Of a stretch of DNA of 64,000 nucleotides, positions 43,641 to 58,880 are shown piece after piece. The translations under genes were made by a program, and so were the position numbers. Origin of the DNA: Octopus sinensis (lineage: Eukaryota); the NCBI RefSeq assembly GCF_006345805.1, contig NC_043013.1, forward strand, positions 22,010,001 to 22,074,000, given 5' to 3'. Below the pieces are notes generated by a model. That model was not told the DNA's origin and did no database searches. It saw only the letters and a list, made by a program, of their open reading frames with translations. How positions within the stretch are numbered: the stretch's first letter is position 1; each line of letters starts with the position of its first letter.

Positions 43641-45439
43641 TTTATATTGTTTAGGAGAATGTTAATTTCGAATCTTTTTTATACTTCACGATTTGTACAG
43701 AAACTCCATTGTGACAAAGATCAAAAGCACAAATGGGAGGAGGGGAAACTAGATCTTGATTACCTCCCTTGTTAGTAATGCAAGAGTCATTTCCCTTGTT
43801 GAAGTAGTGTCATATAGCTCCTCGAAGGGACATAACTGATGGTAATTAATAGTGTTCCCAAAATGTTTCCTTTACCTTTATATGCTTAACGAAATCGTTG
43901 TCAAATTTTAAAATAATTATTTTCTTTTAAATTATTTTTTAAAAGAGAATATGGATACGTGTTCATATTCTCTCCAGTATTTGATTGAGTTGAATTCTCA
44001 GATTTTAAGAAATGTTTTTAAAAACTTTATAAAGTGTGAGATGACTCCAGTGGATTTTAGTTTAAACGTCTCTAGGTTGGTTTCTATACGAAATAAAATG
44101 ACTGGCGCGAGAATCCTAAAATTGCTGTTGTTGGGAGAGCGAACAGACAGAGTTGAGTGCATGATCAAAGCGGTGAAGTGAACTAAATGAGAGTTGGTCA
44201 GTTTGAATCCTCAAGACTTGTTGTGTTGTGGACAGCATTATTTGCCTGTTATTTTGCAACGTAGCTGCAGGACCATCACTCTGGTTTCGGATGTGCGATA
44301 TGAAAGGAAATGTGTTTAGGTGTAACACATGGACCAGAAATGAAGAACGCGAAATGTCGGACATTATACATTATTCCTATTCACTGACCAAAAAAAAAGA
44401 CTTCTGTTTTAAGGGAAGGATTAAGTTGATACTATTGACCTCAGTACATGACTGGTATTTTATTTTATCGGTCCTTGAGGGTTGAAAGGCAAAGCTGACC
44501 TCAGCGGGATTTCAACTCAGAACATAAGCAGCCGAAGCATATACCGTAAAGTTTTCCTTTTTCTGATACTCTAAGCTGCTTACCATTTACCATTAACTAC
44601 TGTTGAAGGTGACGAATCGCCCTTTCCTCTCCAAATACAAAGAACCACGAATTTAAAGTCAGTGCATGGTCTGCTTTTTATAACAAGAAACACGAGTTTG
44701 AATTCTGTGTCCAAACAAATACTTTAACAGTTAGCTCTCCCCGGGAACAACAACTACAACAGGAACAATTATTTCGTCCGCTTCCAGTGAAAAATCGATG
44801 CTTTTATAGTTTTGATGAAGGCTATCGAAATTGGCAATCGTTAAAGAAATTCTTTCCTTGCTTCAGTCTTCAAATGAATTTATAACACTTTACTTCCATG
44901 ATATTTAGCTGTTTTACGTTATTTCTGGCTTTTTACAAGTTTTCTTAAATTTTCTTCAGCTTTGGAGAGATAATACAGTTTAAAAACACTTTTATGATTG
45001 TTCCATGAATCATCTTTGTGAGACAAGTAAAAGATTTCTTCTTTTCGACCCCTTGAATTTCTAAAGGACTTATAAAAGTATGAGGCTTCATTTGCCAATC
45101 ACCTTGCTGCTGCTGCTGCTGCTGCTGTTGCTGCTGCTGTATAGTCAATGGGTTGATGTCCAAGGATTTTTAGGTTTGAAAGTTTCACTAATTGTTGCAC
45201 GTTGATTTCCGTAGCTCTGAACTAACCCCTAAAACTGGGAATTTAAATTTTGAGCCATTCCTAGGGGATGAAAATCGGCATTTAGAGTAATTTTAAATAC
45301 TGTAGTTTTACATATCTCTCCTCGCCATCAAGATGTATTTTCAGAATATATATAGTTTTATATAGTTTCATCTTAGCGGTAAAAAGTTATTCTGGTTTAA
45401 AACATGGAAAAAAAACCCACCAAATTGTTCACTTTATCC

Positions 45440-46320
45440 TGTATTTGACCCCGTCTTTATACAAGAAATCAGGCACGGTGGAAAAGAAGAATAAAACAAT
45501 CAATGAACGAACTGCGAAAACATCAGCATCTTGGAAGGAAAGAAAAAAAAGTGAAATCAAGATAGAGGAGAAATATCAGGATCTTGAGCATAGTTATAGG
45601 ATAAAGAAAAAGAGACTAAATGTAGGTGTTGAAGAGCTGAAACAAAGATTGCTGGCTAAAGCGACAAAGATCAAGAGATATGACCAAAAATTGAACAATA
45701 TAAAATCAACAGATTGTTTCAACAAAACAAGGAAAGGATCTATCAATAGCTGAATGGAAAGGTTAACAGCAGTGAGAGACCAGACGCTGAAGAAAGTAAA
45801 AGGTTTTGGAGTAACATCTGGGATAATGGAAGAAAGCATAACAAAGATGCTAAATGGTTGAAGGGATTAAGGTCGGAAAAATATGAAGTGAAACAGAATA
45901 ATATTAGAAAAACGACTGAAATGGTAACCGAACAGACAACGAAGGTCCCAAACTGGAAACACCCAGGTCCGGATGAGGATATTGACCGAAAAATTTCCCA
46001 GCACTACACAGGTGTACAATCATGCAAATGGATACAAAAATCAACAATGGTGTGCAAATCCCAAAGTGGCTGACCACAGGTAAAACAATTCTTTGCGAAA
46101 AGGATCCCAGCAAAGGCAATGCAGTGGGGGATTACCGACCTATCACCTCTCTTTCCTTGATGTGGAAGCTGATCACAGAAATAAAATAATATCTAATTAT
46201 GTGTATAACATCCTGGAAATGAATGACAAACTGACAGTGGAACGGAAACTGAACAGAAGAAAAAGCCGAGGGATAAAAGACCAACTCCTGATTGACAGAA
46301 TGGTACTGAACGAGCGCAAT
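45440..46320 (+). mobile_element. R4/Dong LINE fragment (N-terminal half of RT)
   Basis: Translates to EELKQRLLAKATKIKRYDQ, KVPNWKHPGPD, DYRPIT and GIKDQLLID. Confidence 0.85.
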
Positions 46321-46665
46321 TTTATCGGATGCAGCTATGTATCGTTAACCAGCTATAGTAGTCCTCTTAGGGTTAAAAAAATCGCTGTAGAGTCCGCTCG
46401 AACGGACAGCCATGTTAAAGGGGCTACACACTATTACTTATACACACACACCTATACACACACATACATATAATAATAGAGTAATGCAATCCGAAAAGAC
46501 TTGATAAAGAAAGTTAGCAAGCATCTATGCATGTACCTCCTTGCATAGATGGCTACATATGTTTCCAACCTAATCTTAATGGGTTACGTAACTCGTAACG
46601 CATACAAATGCAGTTTAGCTTTTCCTCAAATCTAATTAGCTGCAGTTATGTATGTGTGTGTGTAT

Positions 46666-46740
<75 letters not shown>

Positions 46741-47179
46741 AAAAGAATTCAATAAAAAATTTCGTTGTATAACGAGAAAAATAATTAATGTGAGATATTT
46801 GTTCACAAAAAAAAAGGTATTTGTCTGGAGCTTTTATCAGTATGATAAGATGCTACACAATACTCATGTTTAGTATTTTTAGGGACGTCAACCAATATTT
46901 TGATTTCTGACGAGAAAAGAAATTAGATTTGAACGAATATAAGAAAGAATTCCTAACGAAGAAGGTACTAATTTTCTCTGAAATACAAAGATCAGTTATT
47001 GGTACCCTGATTTTGATGTTTCAAATGCTCTGGTACCTTCGAGATAATTTTATAGTATGCCATTATTTCTTAATAACTCAAAATACTTTACATACAATCT
47101 TGTCACATCACTCTTGGGGTGTAGTTGCTTGTTCATTGTCGTTAATTTGTGTGTTCTCCGGTCTATCTCTTGTAACTCA

Positions 47180-48570
47180 TGCTTCTTCCAAGATACTATT
47201 CCTGTCCCATATCTTATCAAAGTAACAATCTACTTATTAATCGCTCTAATCTAAGTATTTGAGTTCTCAAATACTCTTTCCTCGATATTTCTTTCGTTTT
47301 GTGTTCAACCATCTTATCTCTTTCAATGATACCCAGGTACTTATATCCTTCCATTCCGTTTTCCTTTAAAGTTTCAGCACTTTCCAGCTTCATACCATGG
47401 CTCTTACTGATTTCCCCCTTTTGAGAATCATTACACCACATTTTTCGATCCCAAATTCTATGCCAATATCTTTGCTAATCATCTGCATAGTTGCTGTCAA
47501 ACTCTCACTTTCTTTCTCGGTCTTAGCGAATAGCTTTAGGTCATCCATAAACCGCAGGTTGTTTACTCTCACCCTGCCTAGCATGTATTCCACACACATC
47601 TTTCTTAAAACGCTCATTAGTGGCAGTATGCAGACAACAAATAGTAGAGGTGACAGACTGTCTCCTTGGAAGATTCCCCTTTCGATATTTACCTCTCCCA
47701 GCTTATATCCCCATGCTATGTGTTCAGTTTGCCACGTTGTCGATAAGTTTTCTATTAGCTTCAGGATATTGTGTGAGGCCTTAATTAATTTAAGGCATTC
47801 AATAATCCATGAGTGTGGGACCATGTCACATGCTTCCCTGTAGTCCACCCATGCCATCGCTAAATTTTTGTGTCTCTTCTTGCAGCCAGCCAGGATAGTC
47901 TTATCGATTAGTAATTGATCCTTCGTTCCTTGCTCTTTCGTCTACACCCTTTTTGTTCCATTTTTCATTCTCATCTAGATATTTATAGATGCTGTTTGAT
48001 ATGGTGCCCATCATCAGCTTCCACATCAGTTGCAAACAAGATATTGGTCGGAAATTTCCAACCACATTTCCTTTACTTGGGTCCTTCTGGCATAGTACCG
48101 TTCTTCCTTTTGTCGTCCAGGTTGGTACTTGGATGTCACCATTCAGTATTTCGTCCATCTGTCTCGCAATCCTCCTGTGTAGAGCTGTCAAATTTTTAAG
48201 CCAAAAGCCCTGAACCCCACCTGGGCCAGGGGCTTTCCAGTTAGGAATTCTCCTGCACTGATCTCTAATCCTCCCCTCGGTTATTCTCAAATCCTCCTGC
48301 TGATACTCTCCACTCGACTCTTTGAGTGTTTTAACCACTCTGCGTCAGTTTCGTGTTATTTCGCTTGAGACTATATGCCATAGTTTCACTCTCTGCATTC
48401 TCTTCTTCATCCTTCTGTTCACCTCTGGTAACGAGTGCTGAAGAAGCGAAGTCGATTTTTTGCCAGTGCAGAAACCGGTTCGTGTGAGTCCAAATACTTG
48501 AATGTACGTTAGATTTTATTAACCTGATCTGCTTTCGGTTGATTTCTTTAGTTATCATTAGTGTATTTTG
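47180..48570 (-). mobile_element. R4/Dong LINE RT fragment
   Basis: Translates to [47 protein letters not shown] and YKYLG. Confidence 0.92.
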
Positions 48571-48683
48571 GCGATTTAAATAAGAGTTTTTACTATTATT
48601 TCCAGCAGGCAGACATACTCATTATGTGCTTTGATTAATTTTAATTTCAATCCTTCAGCTATATATATATATACACATACATA

Positions 48684-48779
<96 letters not shown>

Positions 48780-49541
48780 TTATGATACATGTATATAAAT
48801 TAGAGAAGGACCTCCATGTAGCAATTCAACAATGATATACTTAAATCATACCATATAGAAAAAAATTAAAGATATGATAAAACATTTACCTAGAATTATA
48901 TAAAGTCCGAAATAATAAATAAATAGTATATAATTAGTAAATAGACTACACATGTTTCGTGGCTATATTTTCAAAGCAATTCAATAAAATCAATTCAATT
49001 TAAATATAGTCACTCATCAGGTCTAAGATAAAAACAATAAAATAATTAAATAAATGTACGTATATTATCTTATAAGAAAATATAAATATATATAAAAATA
49101 CGTAATTTTACAATAAAATATTTAAAACAAAATACATATATATATAATACATAATATACATTAAGTGAAGCTTAACATATATATATGGTATATATACCAG
49201 AAGGATAGATATATCATTGAGAACAATAGATTTAGTTGGTGGTCTTGTTATCTCTATTCTAGCTTTTGGTGAAGTAGAAGAGGTTAGAAAGGGTCAAGTG
49301 GTGAAGACATTATTTCGGCCTAGCTAAAGGCATCTGGAAGATGTAAAACTGCTGTCAGAGAAAAAACATTGTTCCATCGTGGGAAAAGTTCTGTTGCAGT
49401 GTTAATTTAAATTTGGCTGTGGTGGATCGAATCCACTTCATGCATGCAAGATTCACTACACATCATATAACACCGGAATCATAAATGGTATCTGCGGGTG
49501 GCTGAAGGGTGAGCTAGTCAACATAGCGCAAACATTCGCAA

Positions 49542-49588
<47 letters not shown>

Positions 49589-51462
49589 TGCTCTCGGATG
49601 CTGCACCAGTCAGCTCATTCGATTTCTGCTCTGTTCTTTTGAAGACCGAATAAATAAAAGACTATGAAAACGAAAACGGCTCTAAATTAACTGCAATCTC
49701 CTCGTCTGGCTGCTTAATGTTATCTTACACTTATTATAAAAAGACTGTTCCTCTTCCAAAAGTTGGCAACCAGCCTTCTCACCAAACTAAATATCTAACA
49801 TTTAATTCTATTGTCCCCACCCACCTACCTACCTCCTCCAATATACCGAAACTATTCCTTTCCATTTTTATCTGATTTTGATTTTTATGTTTGAACAAAA
49901 TTAAACATTAACAAAAAAAAATAAGGCATTAAAGAAAAATAAAATATAATAAAATAAAAAAAACAATACAAACCGACGGAAAACTCTGAAGAATTCTTCT
50001 TGATAGTTTCTCCTTCGCTTCTTTCTTATCTCAACCTTTTTCCCTTTTAAATCTGCTTTTGTTTCTTTCGTCTTATAACATTTTTATATATTTATAGACC
50101 ATTTATCTGATATTCTAGAGATTGCAGATAGACAAATCAATAGGGAAAAGTGGTAGGGGGGAGCAGCAGCCAAAGAGTCAGTGGATGGTATTCTGCCACC
50201 ACAACCACCACCACCACCACCGCAACTACCTTCGCTGCGTGTTCTTTGCTCATAACCTCTACAACGTATTCGCTCCCTAGTAGCACTTCATTGCATCCTG
50301 TTTTGTCTCATCACTATGTGATGATATCCTCACAGTCACCATCCCTGCATCTACATCATGTCCTGCCACCTCATCTGCAATGTATCCTCTCACCACCACC
50401 TCTACCATGTACCCTCTCACCTTACGTTCTATCCTCCTGTCACACACACACACACACACACTGCCCGTTCCCAGCAGTGCAGACCACTAATCTCTGGCTA
50501 AGTCCTCGGTCATTTAGTGAGGACCAAAATTTACTGTTAAGAACCGTAGTTCAACACTGTGGTATTGACAAATTCTAGAGTTTTGGCTAAAAGTGGCGGG
50601 TTCAGTTCCTGAGGCAGAGAGAAAAATCCATCTATGATGGACCAGCATCCTCTCTAGCAGAAGGGTGTGGAGCGAAGGATTTCGATGGTTTTATTGCAAT
50701 GGAAAAACGAAAAAGCAACACAAATTCTCTCAACCAATGGAATCTGAAAAGGATCAGCCTTTTCGTGTTTAAAACATTTCCTCATTCTTTGGCTAAAACT
50801 TTGGATATTCTTTTCTCCTTTATGACAAACCAACATATTTTAAACACAGTTTATTAATATTGTTTAATCGACTGATTGATTCCTTAATCCATTGACTGAT
50901 TTCTGTGTTGGAGACGCCAAGTCGGCTCTGTTTGGGCTGAAAATACAACAGTTGCTGGCCATTGTTGTTTCTTGAGAAAATCTATAGAATAACAATAAGA
51001 CTGAGAACATCATAGAGTAATTTGGCTCTTTTAAAATACACCAAACACTAGTATATTCAATTTATTTTGGTTCTTTTCTTTCATAACAAATATTTTATCA
51101 TAAATTCATAATATTGGAGGATGCTAACGTGGCCTTTCAGCCTGCTAGAAATAGCAGCAAAATTGACATTCCATTTTAATGATCTGAAAATACACAAAAA
51201 TCAATAAAATTTAAAAAAAACACTGTCTTGAAGAGCAAAAAATTCTCCTTTAAATAAACATTTTGCCAATGCGTTTTATTTCTGAAAAATGCTCATGAAT
51301 TATTCCTCAATCCAGTAGATATTCTTGCAAGCTTTCAGGACTGGTCCCCTATCCCTCTCCATTCCCTACTTTCTACTTGTCTTCGAAGCCCTGTAAAAAG
51401 CCATGGGTCATGGGTACTGCCTTCTCTTCTGACTGAAAGTTATAACATATGCATATATCCAT

Positions 51463-51545
<83 letters not shown>

Positions 51546-51601
51546 TAATCCAAACAAGAAAACAAAAAAGACAACAACGCAAAGAGGTGGAACAATTAAA
51601 G

Positions 51602-51639
<38 letters not shown>

Positions 51640-52053
51640 CATATATATACATTACACCACTGGAAAAAGAAAACTTTACATATGACATCACTACACATAC
51701 CACACGCTCATTCCCACAGGAGCATCACACTGAATAGCGCACACATTTATCGCAAACACTGCAAGATAACCCTTACCTGCTTTACAGCAAGTCTAACCAA
51801 GGGACATAAACTTCTAACCTAATCCCTTGCTCTTTTCTGTTTCACCATCTTTTCAAACCAAATGCAAACCAGTTGTGATCATTTACCTCTGACAATAGAG
51901 AGCAGTCACCATATTGCTTTCCATATCGGCTAACCTTGATGAGCATAAGGTAATACAATCGGGTTATTACCTAACACTCCGTTGTATTCCTTGTGTGAAA
52001 CTGATAGGTAAGATCAGCTATGATGCATATATAATACTATACATTTCAGATAA

Positions 52054-52086
<33 letters not shown>

Positions 52087-52116
52087 GCGTGCGTGTGTGT
52101 GTGTGTCTATAAATGA

Positions 52117-52150
<34 letters not shown>

Positions 52151-53279
52151 TAGCCAACCAAGTGTGGCGTCCTATATGGAACAGTGCTTCTCACGTTTAT
52201 AGCCCCAGAAAGACATCTCATCCAACGGGCTGTGTCCAATTAGTATTTGCGAGGGGAGGTCATCGGTCCCATCCCTAGCCTTACGTGATACACACGGACT
52301 TGAGTTTCTGGGTGGTTACCCGTTCTCAGTGTGTGTTAATCATCAGCTAGTGATGAAAAATCACCCCACTCACAAAATCCTATATGCTTTTTCCAGCGAT
52401 GAACCGTCGATGGTCTCAAAAAAGGAGAAATAAGCTATATTAAATCTCTAAGCAAGATGTAAACAGCAGTAATACGGAATCGTATCCAGAGACTTATTGA
52501 TCATAGCTCGTGTGTGTGTACGTTATATATATGTGTGTGTGTATGTGTATAGATATAGATATATAATACTTACTTGGAAGAGGATGCGTAGCGTTCGCAT
52601 CTATAAATATATATATATATATACAGCCGGGTCTACGAACTTCCTTTCGCCGGCGGCCTTATTCAAGTAAACATGTTTCTTCCTGCGCTCCTGAAAAAGT
52701 TTTTTTCCTCGTCTAGGCTTATAGGCCCTCTTTATTTGTTTTCCTGTCCTGTTTCTATTCCTTCTTGTACTGTATTTCTTGTAATTGTATTTTTATTTTG
52801 TATTTGTTTTTAATTGTATTGTTTTTACGTTCTGTTTTTGTCACATTTTTTTCCTTGTTTTTACTCCTCTGCAAAGGAATATTATTTAATTCTTTCGCAG
52901 GAAGGATTAGTTCGACGAGACGTGTTCTGTCCTCACCTTCGAAACACGCTGGAGTTGAACTAGGGACGGCTGATGAAGGGGATTTTTCCTTGTGTAGTTG
53001 TCTTGTACTCTGTTTTTTCGTTGTTAAAGGAATGGTCCGTTCCATGCTGTTTTTACGTTTTCGTTTCTCGTTGAGTTCTACGTCTATTTGTAGTGTCCTG
53101 TACACACGTATATATATTTATATATGCATGTATATATACATGTAGATGTAGGTACGTACATATATGTTTGTATGTATGCATATATTTTATTTATTACACT
53201 ATTGTATGACTGAGCGCCTTCGCGTCGATTCGATTCGATTCCGTTGGTTTCGTTTCGTGTTTCTTCTCCTTCTCTAAGC

Positions 53280-53703
<424 letters not shown>

Positions 53704-53999
53704 GAGGCGCAATGGCCCAGTGGTTAGGGCAGCGGACTCGCGGTCGTAGGATCGCGGTTTCGATTCCCAGACCGGGCGTTGTGAGTGTTTATTGAGCGAA
53801 AACACCTAAAAGTTCTACGAGGCTCCTGCAGGGGGTGGTGATCCCTGCTGTACTCTTTCACCACTCTTTTTCCCACTCTTTCTTCTGTTGGCCTGCTTGC
53901 TTAGCCAGCAGGGTGGCGTCATTCGAAGGCTAAAACAATGCGAACGCACTGTGACCAGCGATGTGTAACTACATCCGATTGACTGGTCGGTCACATGAT

Positions 54000-54006
<7 letters not shown>
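53704..54006 (+). mobile_element. tRNA-derived SINE, apparently full length
   Basis: A box TGGCCCAGTGG and B box GGTTTCGATTCCC lie in a tRNA-like head, followed by about 230 nt of non-tRNA body and a (TA)n tail. It is not a stand-alone tRNA. Confidence 0.85.
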
Positions 54007-54029
<23 letters not shown>

Positions 54030-54036
<7 letters not shown>

Positions 54037-54272
54037 CATATTATACATACATATATACATACATATATAGGGAGAGTTTACGAGAGTGTACAAAACAAAC
54101 AGATGTATTAGTATAACGTTCAGGAATAGAAAAAGTATTTTACGTTTCGAACCTACGCTCTTCTACAGAAAGGGACACAGAAAAAACAAGGAGAGAAAAA
54201 ATGTGTGTAGTGGATAACGATCTATACATATATATATATACATATATATGCTTATACATATATATATACTAC

Positions 54273-54323
<51 letters not shown>

Positions 54324-54580
54324 CATATTATACATACATATATACATACATATATAGGGAGAGTTTACGAGAGTGTACAAAACAAACAGATGTATTAGTA
54401 TAACGCTCAGGAATAGAAAAAGTATTTTACGTTTCGAACCTACGCTCTTCTACAGAAAGGGACACAGAAAAAACAAGGAGAGAAAAAAATGTGTGTAGTG
54501 GCTAACGATCTATACATATATATATACATATATATGCTTATACATATATATATACTACATATGTATATATATATACATAC
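54030..54580. repeat. Tandem duplication with a period of about 287 bp (unit may derive from a Penelope-like element)
   Basis: gggagagtttacgagagtgtac...aacgatctatacat occurs at 54070 and 54357, nearly identical. A related piece is at 55300-55390. Confidence 0.85.
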
Positions 54581-55097
54581 ATAATGTGTGTGTGCTTTAA
54601 GTAGCTGGTGTAAGCTGGCTACAATGCATCTTGGTTTGAAAATCTGTTCTGAAATCAAATTTAATTCAACACATGACCATAGATCAAATCTAATTTGACA
54701 CATAACTTGAGATCAAATCCAACTGATGACCTCAGATAACCATAGATGACCTCCAACAAAAACGTACCCTCGCATAACCCTAACCCACCCCTACAACCAC
54801 CTAATATCAGCAGCAACAATAACTTATTGATGCTTATTGTTATTTCAACAACAATGAGGTGAGAATTCTAATCAATAATGTGGAATGAAGAAACAATAGA
54901 AACAAGACCAGCAGCAACAACAACAACAATAATAAAAGCAGTAACAATATAAAAATCCTTATTAATGATAACAACAACAACAACAACAACAACGGCAATA
55001 AGCCAAGAGATATATATTGAGAGGCAACTTAAGTATTACTGCCATAACTGCAGAACTGAAAATAATATTAATGACAACAGTAACAGCATCAGCAATA

Positions 55098-55242
55098 GAC
55101 GCAGGCGTGGCTGTGTGGAAAGAAGCAGGCTTCCAAACCACATGGTTCTGGGTTCAGTGACACCTTGGGAAATTGTCTTCTACTATTGCCTCGAGCCGAC
55201 CAAGACCCTGTGAGTGGATAGACAGAAACTGAAAGAAGCCCG

Positions 55243-55245
<3 letters not shown>
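55098..55245 (+). mobile_element. tRNA-derived SINE (family also at 27098 and at about 63770-63880 on minus)
   Basis: Reads ggcgtggctgtgtgg...ccaaaccacatggttctgggttcag...caccttggg...ttctactattgcctcgagccgacc...gaaactgaaagaagcccgtc. Confidence 0.8.
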
Positions 55246-55298
<53 letters not shown>

Positions 55299-55429
55299 GG
55301 GAGGGAGAATTCACAAAAAGAAGATGAAGACAGGTGGTGGAGTCAACAAACAGATGTATTAGTATAACGCTTGGGAAGTGAAAAAGTCTTTAAACCCCCC
55401 CATCACCCCCAATTATAAACTATTAACAT

Positions 55430-58220
55430 CTATAATAGCGAATAGAGCATATGAATTCTTGTAAGTTATTCCCAGTGGAACAAAAGGAATATGAAAGGAG
55501 TTCATATGGATGTAAGGACCAATTACTGATTTGAAAATTGCAAATCTAATGCAGAAACCTTAGCACAACTTGGATAGATTCCAAGAAGGTTTTTGACAGT
55601 GTCCCCCATGCATGGATCATCAAGGCCTTGGAAATTTACAAGATAGCTCCAACAATTGTGAACTTTTTAAAAGTAATCATGAATTCGTGGATAACCACCC
55701 TCATTTTAAACCATGCACAAGGATATACCACCTCACCAGGAATCAATATCATCTGTGGTATCTCTTGAGGTGACTTATTATCACCTTTACTCTTCTGCCT
55801 CGCTCTGTTCCCATTATCCACACAACTGAATAATGCTAAGAGAGCATATAAGATCTTTGACCAGAAAATGAATCATCTACTCTTTATGGATGATCTAAAA
55901 CTGCTTGCCAAAAATGACAAAGAATTAGAAGAGCTCCTGAATATTGTCAAAGAATTCAGCTCTGATACAGGTATGGAATTTGGATTTGATAAATGTGCAA
56001 AAGATACTTTCAAGGCAGAGAAGTTCATAAAGGCAGAAAACATAGAACTTGATATTACCACATCTATTTGAAACCTAGACCAATCCGAAGTATACAAATA
56101 TCTGGGAATCAATGAAGGTGATGGTATCCAGCACCCTAAAATGAAAGAGAAAATCCACAAGGAATGCTACCGAAGAGTAAGAATGGTTCTAAACTCAGAA
56201 TTAAATGCTGCTAAGGGAATTAATGCAATCAATTCTTTGGCCATACCAGTAACAACATATAGCTTAGGTATCATTAAGTGGAGTCTCACTGACATGCAGA
56301 ATATGGATAGAAAGATCTGTAAAATCTTTACATGATACCAAAAGCACCATCGAAAACCAGATGTAGACAAGAAAAATAGGTGGAAGAGGCTTGATACAGT
56401 TTGAACAATCCTTCAAATCAGCAATAACAGGCTTTGAAATGTACCTTAATGCAACAAGTGATGCACTTTTAGGAAAATGCATGGAAGCATGAAAATTCCA
56501 AGCAAGCTTCAGTCATGAAGCTTAGTCAGAAATTTAAAAAGTCCCTTGGCCTACAAGTTAATAAGAATAACTAAAGGCACCCAAATACTGACAGGCCTAC
56601 CACTGCTTCTCCTGATTTAGAAATAAACAATCAGAAAGACCAAAGAGATCCAAATGCTGACAAACCTATCACCGATGCAAAAATAAAAATTAAAAAATGC
56701 AAAGAACGCTTGCATGAATAATATCAAAGACAACTGGAAAGGTAAACTCCTGCATGGAAAAATGCCCTAACGGCCTGTCCAAGCTGGATATTGATCAAAA
56801 CCTAACATGAATGGCTACAAGGGACAGATTTGAAAGGGGAAACAGAAGGTTTTATTATTGCAGTGCAAGATCAGAGCTTATCTACCAGAAACTACCATGC
56901 AAACGTCCTTAAAGACGGATCTGATCGTTCGTGCAGAATTTGCGGCACAGAGACAATTGATCATTTTGTTTCCAGCTGCCCGGTCCTCACTGTAAAGGAG
57001 TACCTCATAAGATATGACAGACTAGGGCAGTACAACCACTGGAATGCTTGTAATCAGCATCATCATCATCATTTAACGTCCATTTTCTATGCTGACATGG
57101 GTTGGACGGTTTGACTGAGGTCTGGAGAACCAGTGGCTGCACCAGGCTCCAATCTGATCTGGCAATGTTTCTACGGCTGGATGCCCTTCCACGCCAAACA
57201 CTCTGAGAGTGTAGTGGGTGCTTTTTATGTGCCACTGGCACAGGAACCAGTCAGGCGAGCCTGGTATTGATCATGTTCAGATAGTGCTTTTTACATGCCC
57301 CTGGCACAGGAGCCAGTCAGGTGGTACTGGCATTGGCCATGTTTGGATGGTGTGCCCCACTAGCATGGAGGCCAGTCTGGCCAGTCTGGCAGTCCTGGCA
57401 TCAATCACATTTGGATAGTGCTTTTTATGTGTCACTGGCACAGGAGCCAGTCAGTGGGTACTGGCATCATCCACATTCGGATGGTGCTTTTTATGTGCCA
57501 CTAGCATGGGAACCAGTCAGGAGACACTGGCATCGACCACATTTGGATGATGCATTGTTCGTGCCAGCGGAACAGGAGCCAGTCTAGGGGCACTGGCCAC
57601 AGCTATGATTTTGGTTTTACTTGACTCAACAGGTCCTCTTGAGCATATCATATCACCCGACACATCAGGGGTACTCTTAAATGGGCTGGACATGCAACAC
57701 TGGCATCAGCTATGGTTGCAATAGGCACCATCCAGAAGATGTAGTAAATGGCGAGGGCATTACCATCCTTTGGAACTTCCCAATACAAAGGGACAGAAAA
57801 ACTGACTCCAATCAGCCATTGTGATCAAGGACTACAACAGAGGAACTTGTCTGTTAATAGATATGTCAGACCCACAAGATCAAAATGTCTCAAGAAAAGA
57901 ATATGAAAAGCTTTCTCACTGTAAAAATCTGCAAATTGAAATCACAAAAATGTGGAAGCTTAGTACTACAATAATACCAGTAGTAACTGGTGCATTGGGA
58001 ATGATAAAGAAGGTAGCTGAGAAGTATATTAAGCAACTCCTGGTAACTCCAATCTCCATGAACTACAAAAGATAACATTGATGGGTTCAGCCCATAGACT
58101 ACGGAGAGCACTCTCCATCTAAAATGGAATAAATGTGGGGATATCTTTAGCATGCATAGCAAAACAAAAGTGCCCTTGATACTCTTGGCCTCCGGAGGAT
58201 GCCCAGTACTAAGGCAGCTG
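55430..58220 (+). mobile_element. R4/Dong LINE (RT to RLE and 3' UTR), decayed, interrupted at about 57058-57740
   Basis: Translates to HLLFMDDLKLLAK, ECYRRVRMVLNSELN, ETEGFIIAVQDQ..TRNY, CRICGTETIDH and LLIDMSDP...IIPVVTGALG. The 3' end runs into a TAA-rich array. Confidence 0.93.
57058..57740 (-). mobile_element. (GAT)n-tailed interspersed repeat with an internal minisatellite of about 62 bp (about 6 units)
   Basis: catcatcatttaacgtcc...ggatgcccttc...gtgtagtgggtgc is shared with the copies at 60243 and 63215. The units read gtgctttt(t)atgtgccactggcacagg. Confidence 0.85.
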
Positions 58221-58239
58221 AAAGTTATAATGAAAGAAA

Positions 58240-58293
58240 GCCATAAATAATATAATAATAATATAATAATAATATTAATAATAATATAATAAT

Positions 58294-58339
<46 letters not shown>

Positions 58340-58467
58340 TAATAATAATAAATAAATAAATAATAATAATAATAATAAATAATAATAAAATAATAATATA
58401 ATATAATATAATAATGATGATGATGATGATAATAATAATAATAATAATGATAAATAATATAATAATA

Positions 58468-58503
<36 letters not shown>

Positions 58504-58504
58504 C

Positions 58505-58557
<53 letters not shown>

Positions 58558-58616
58558 TTTGCCCTAGGAGTCGGGAAGACATTCGGCAAGAAATGGAAGC
58601 AAATTTGAAAGAAGAA

Positions 58617-58674
<58 letters not shown>

Positions 58675-58843
58675 TAATGATAATAATAATAATAATAATA
58701 ATAGCAATAATAAATAGTAACCCAATAGCGGGGGTTCTTGGCATTGAAGGTTACTTGTTGTGGTGGTGGTGGTGGTGATAATGATGATGGTGATGATGAT
58801 GATGATAGTGATGGTGGTGGTGGTGGTGGTGGTGTGGTGGTGG

Positions 58844-58877
<34 letters not shown>

Positions 58878-58880
58878 AAT
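58240..58880. repeat. TAA/GGT/GAT microsatellite array containing a 60-bp Dong-type 3' end at 58557-58619
   Basis: Direct reading; the insert matches 21678-21745. Confidence 0.9.

Noticed and set aside
52755-53105. 116-aa minus-strand Lys-rich ORF
   Set aside because: It is low-complexity antisense of T-rich sequence, with no recognisable domain or splice support.
53704-53780. tRNA gene
   Set aside because: The head continues into a SINE body with a (TA)n tail, and the cloverleaf and acceptor stem are imperfect.
57220-57600. CRISPR-like alternation of conserved and variable segments (also 63215-63415)
   Set aside because: The variable parts are homologous to each other, the array sits inside a eukaryotic interspersed repeat, and there are no cas genes. 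It is a minisatellite.
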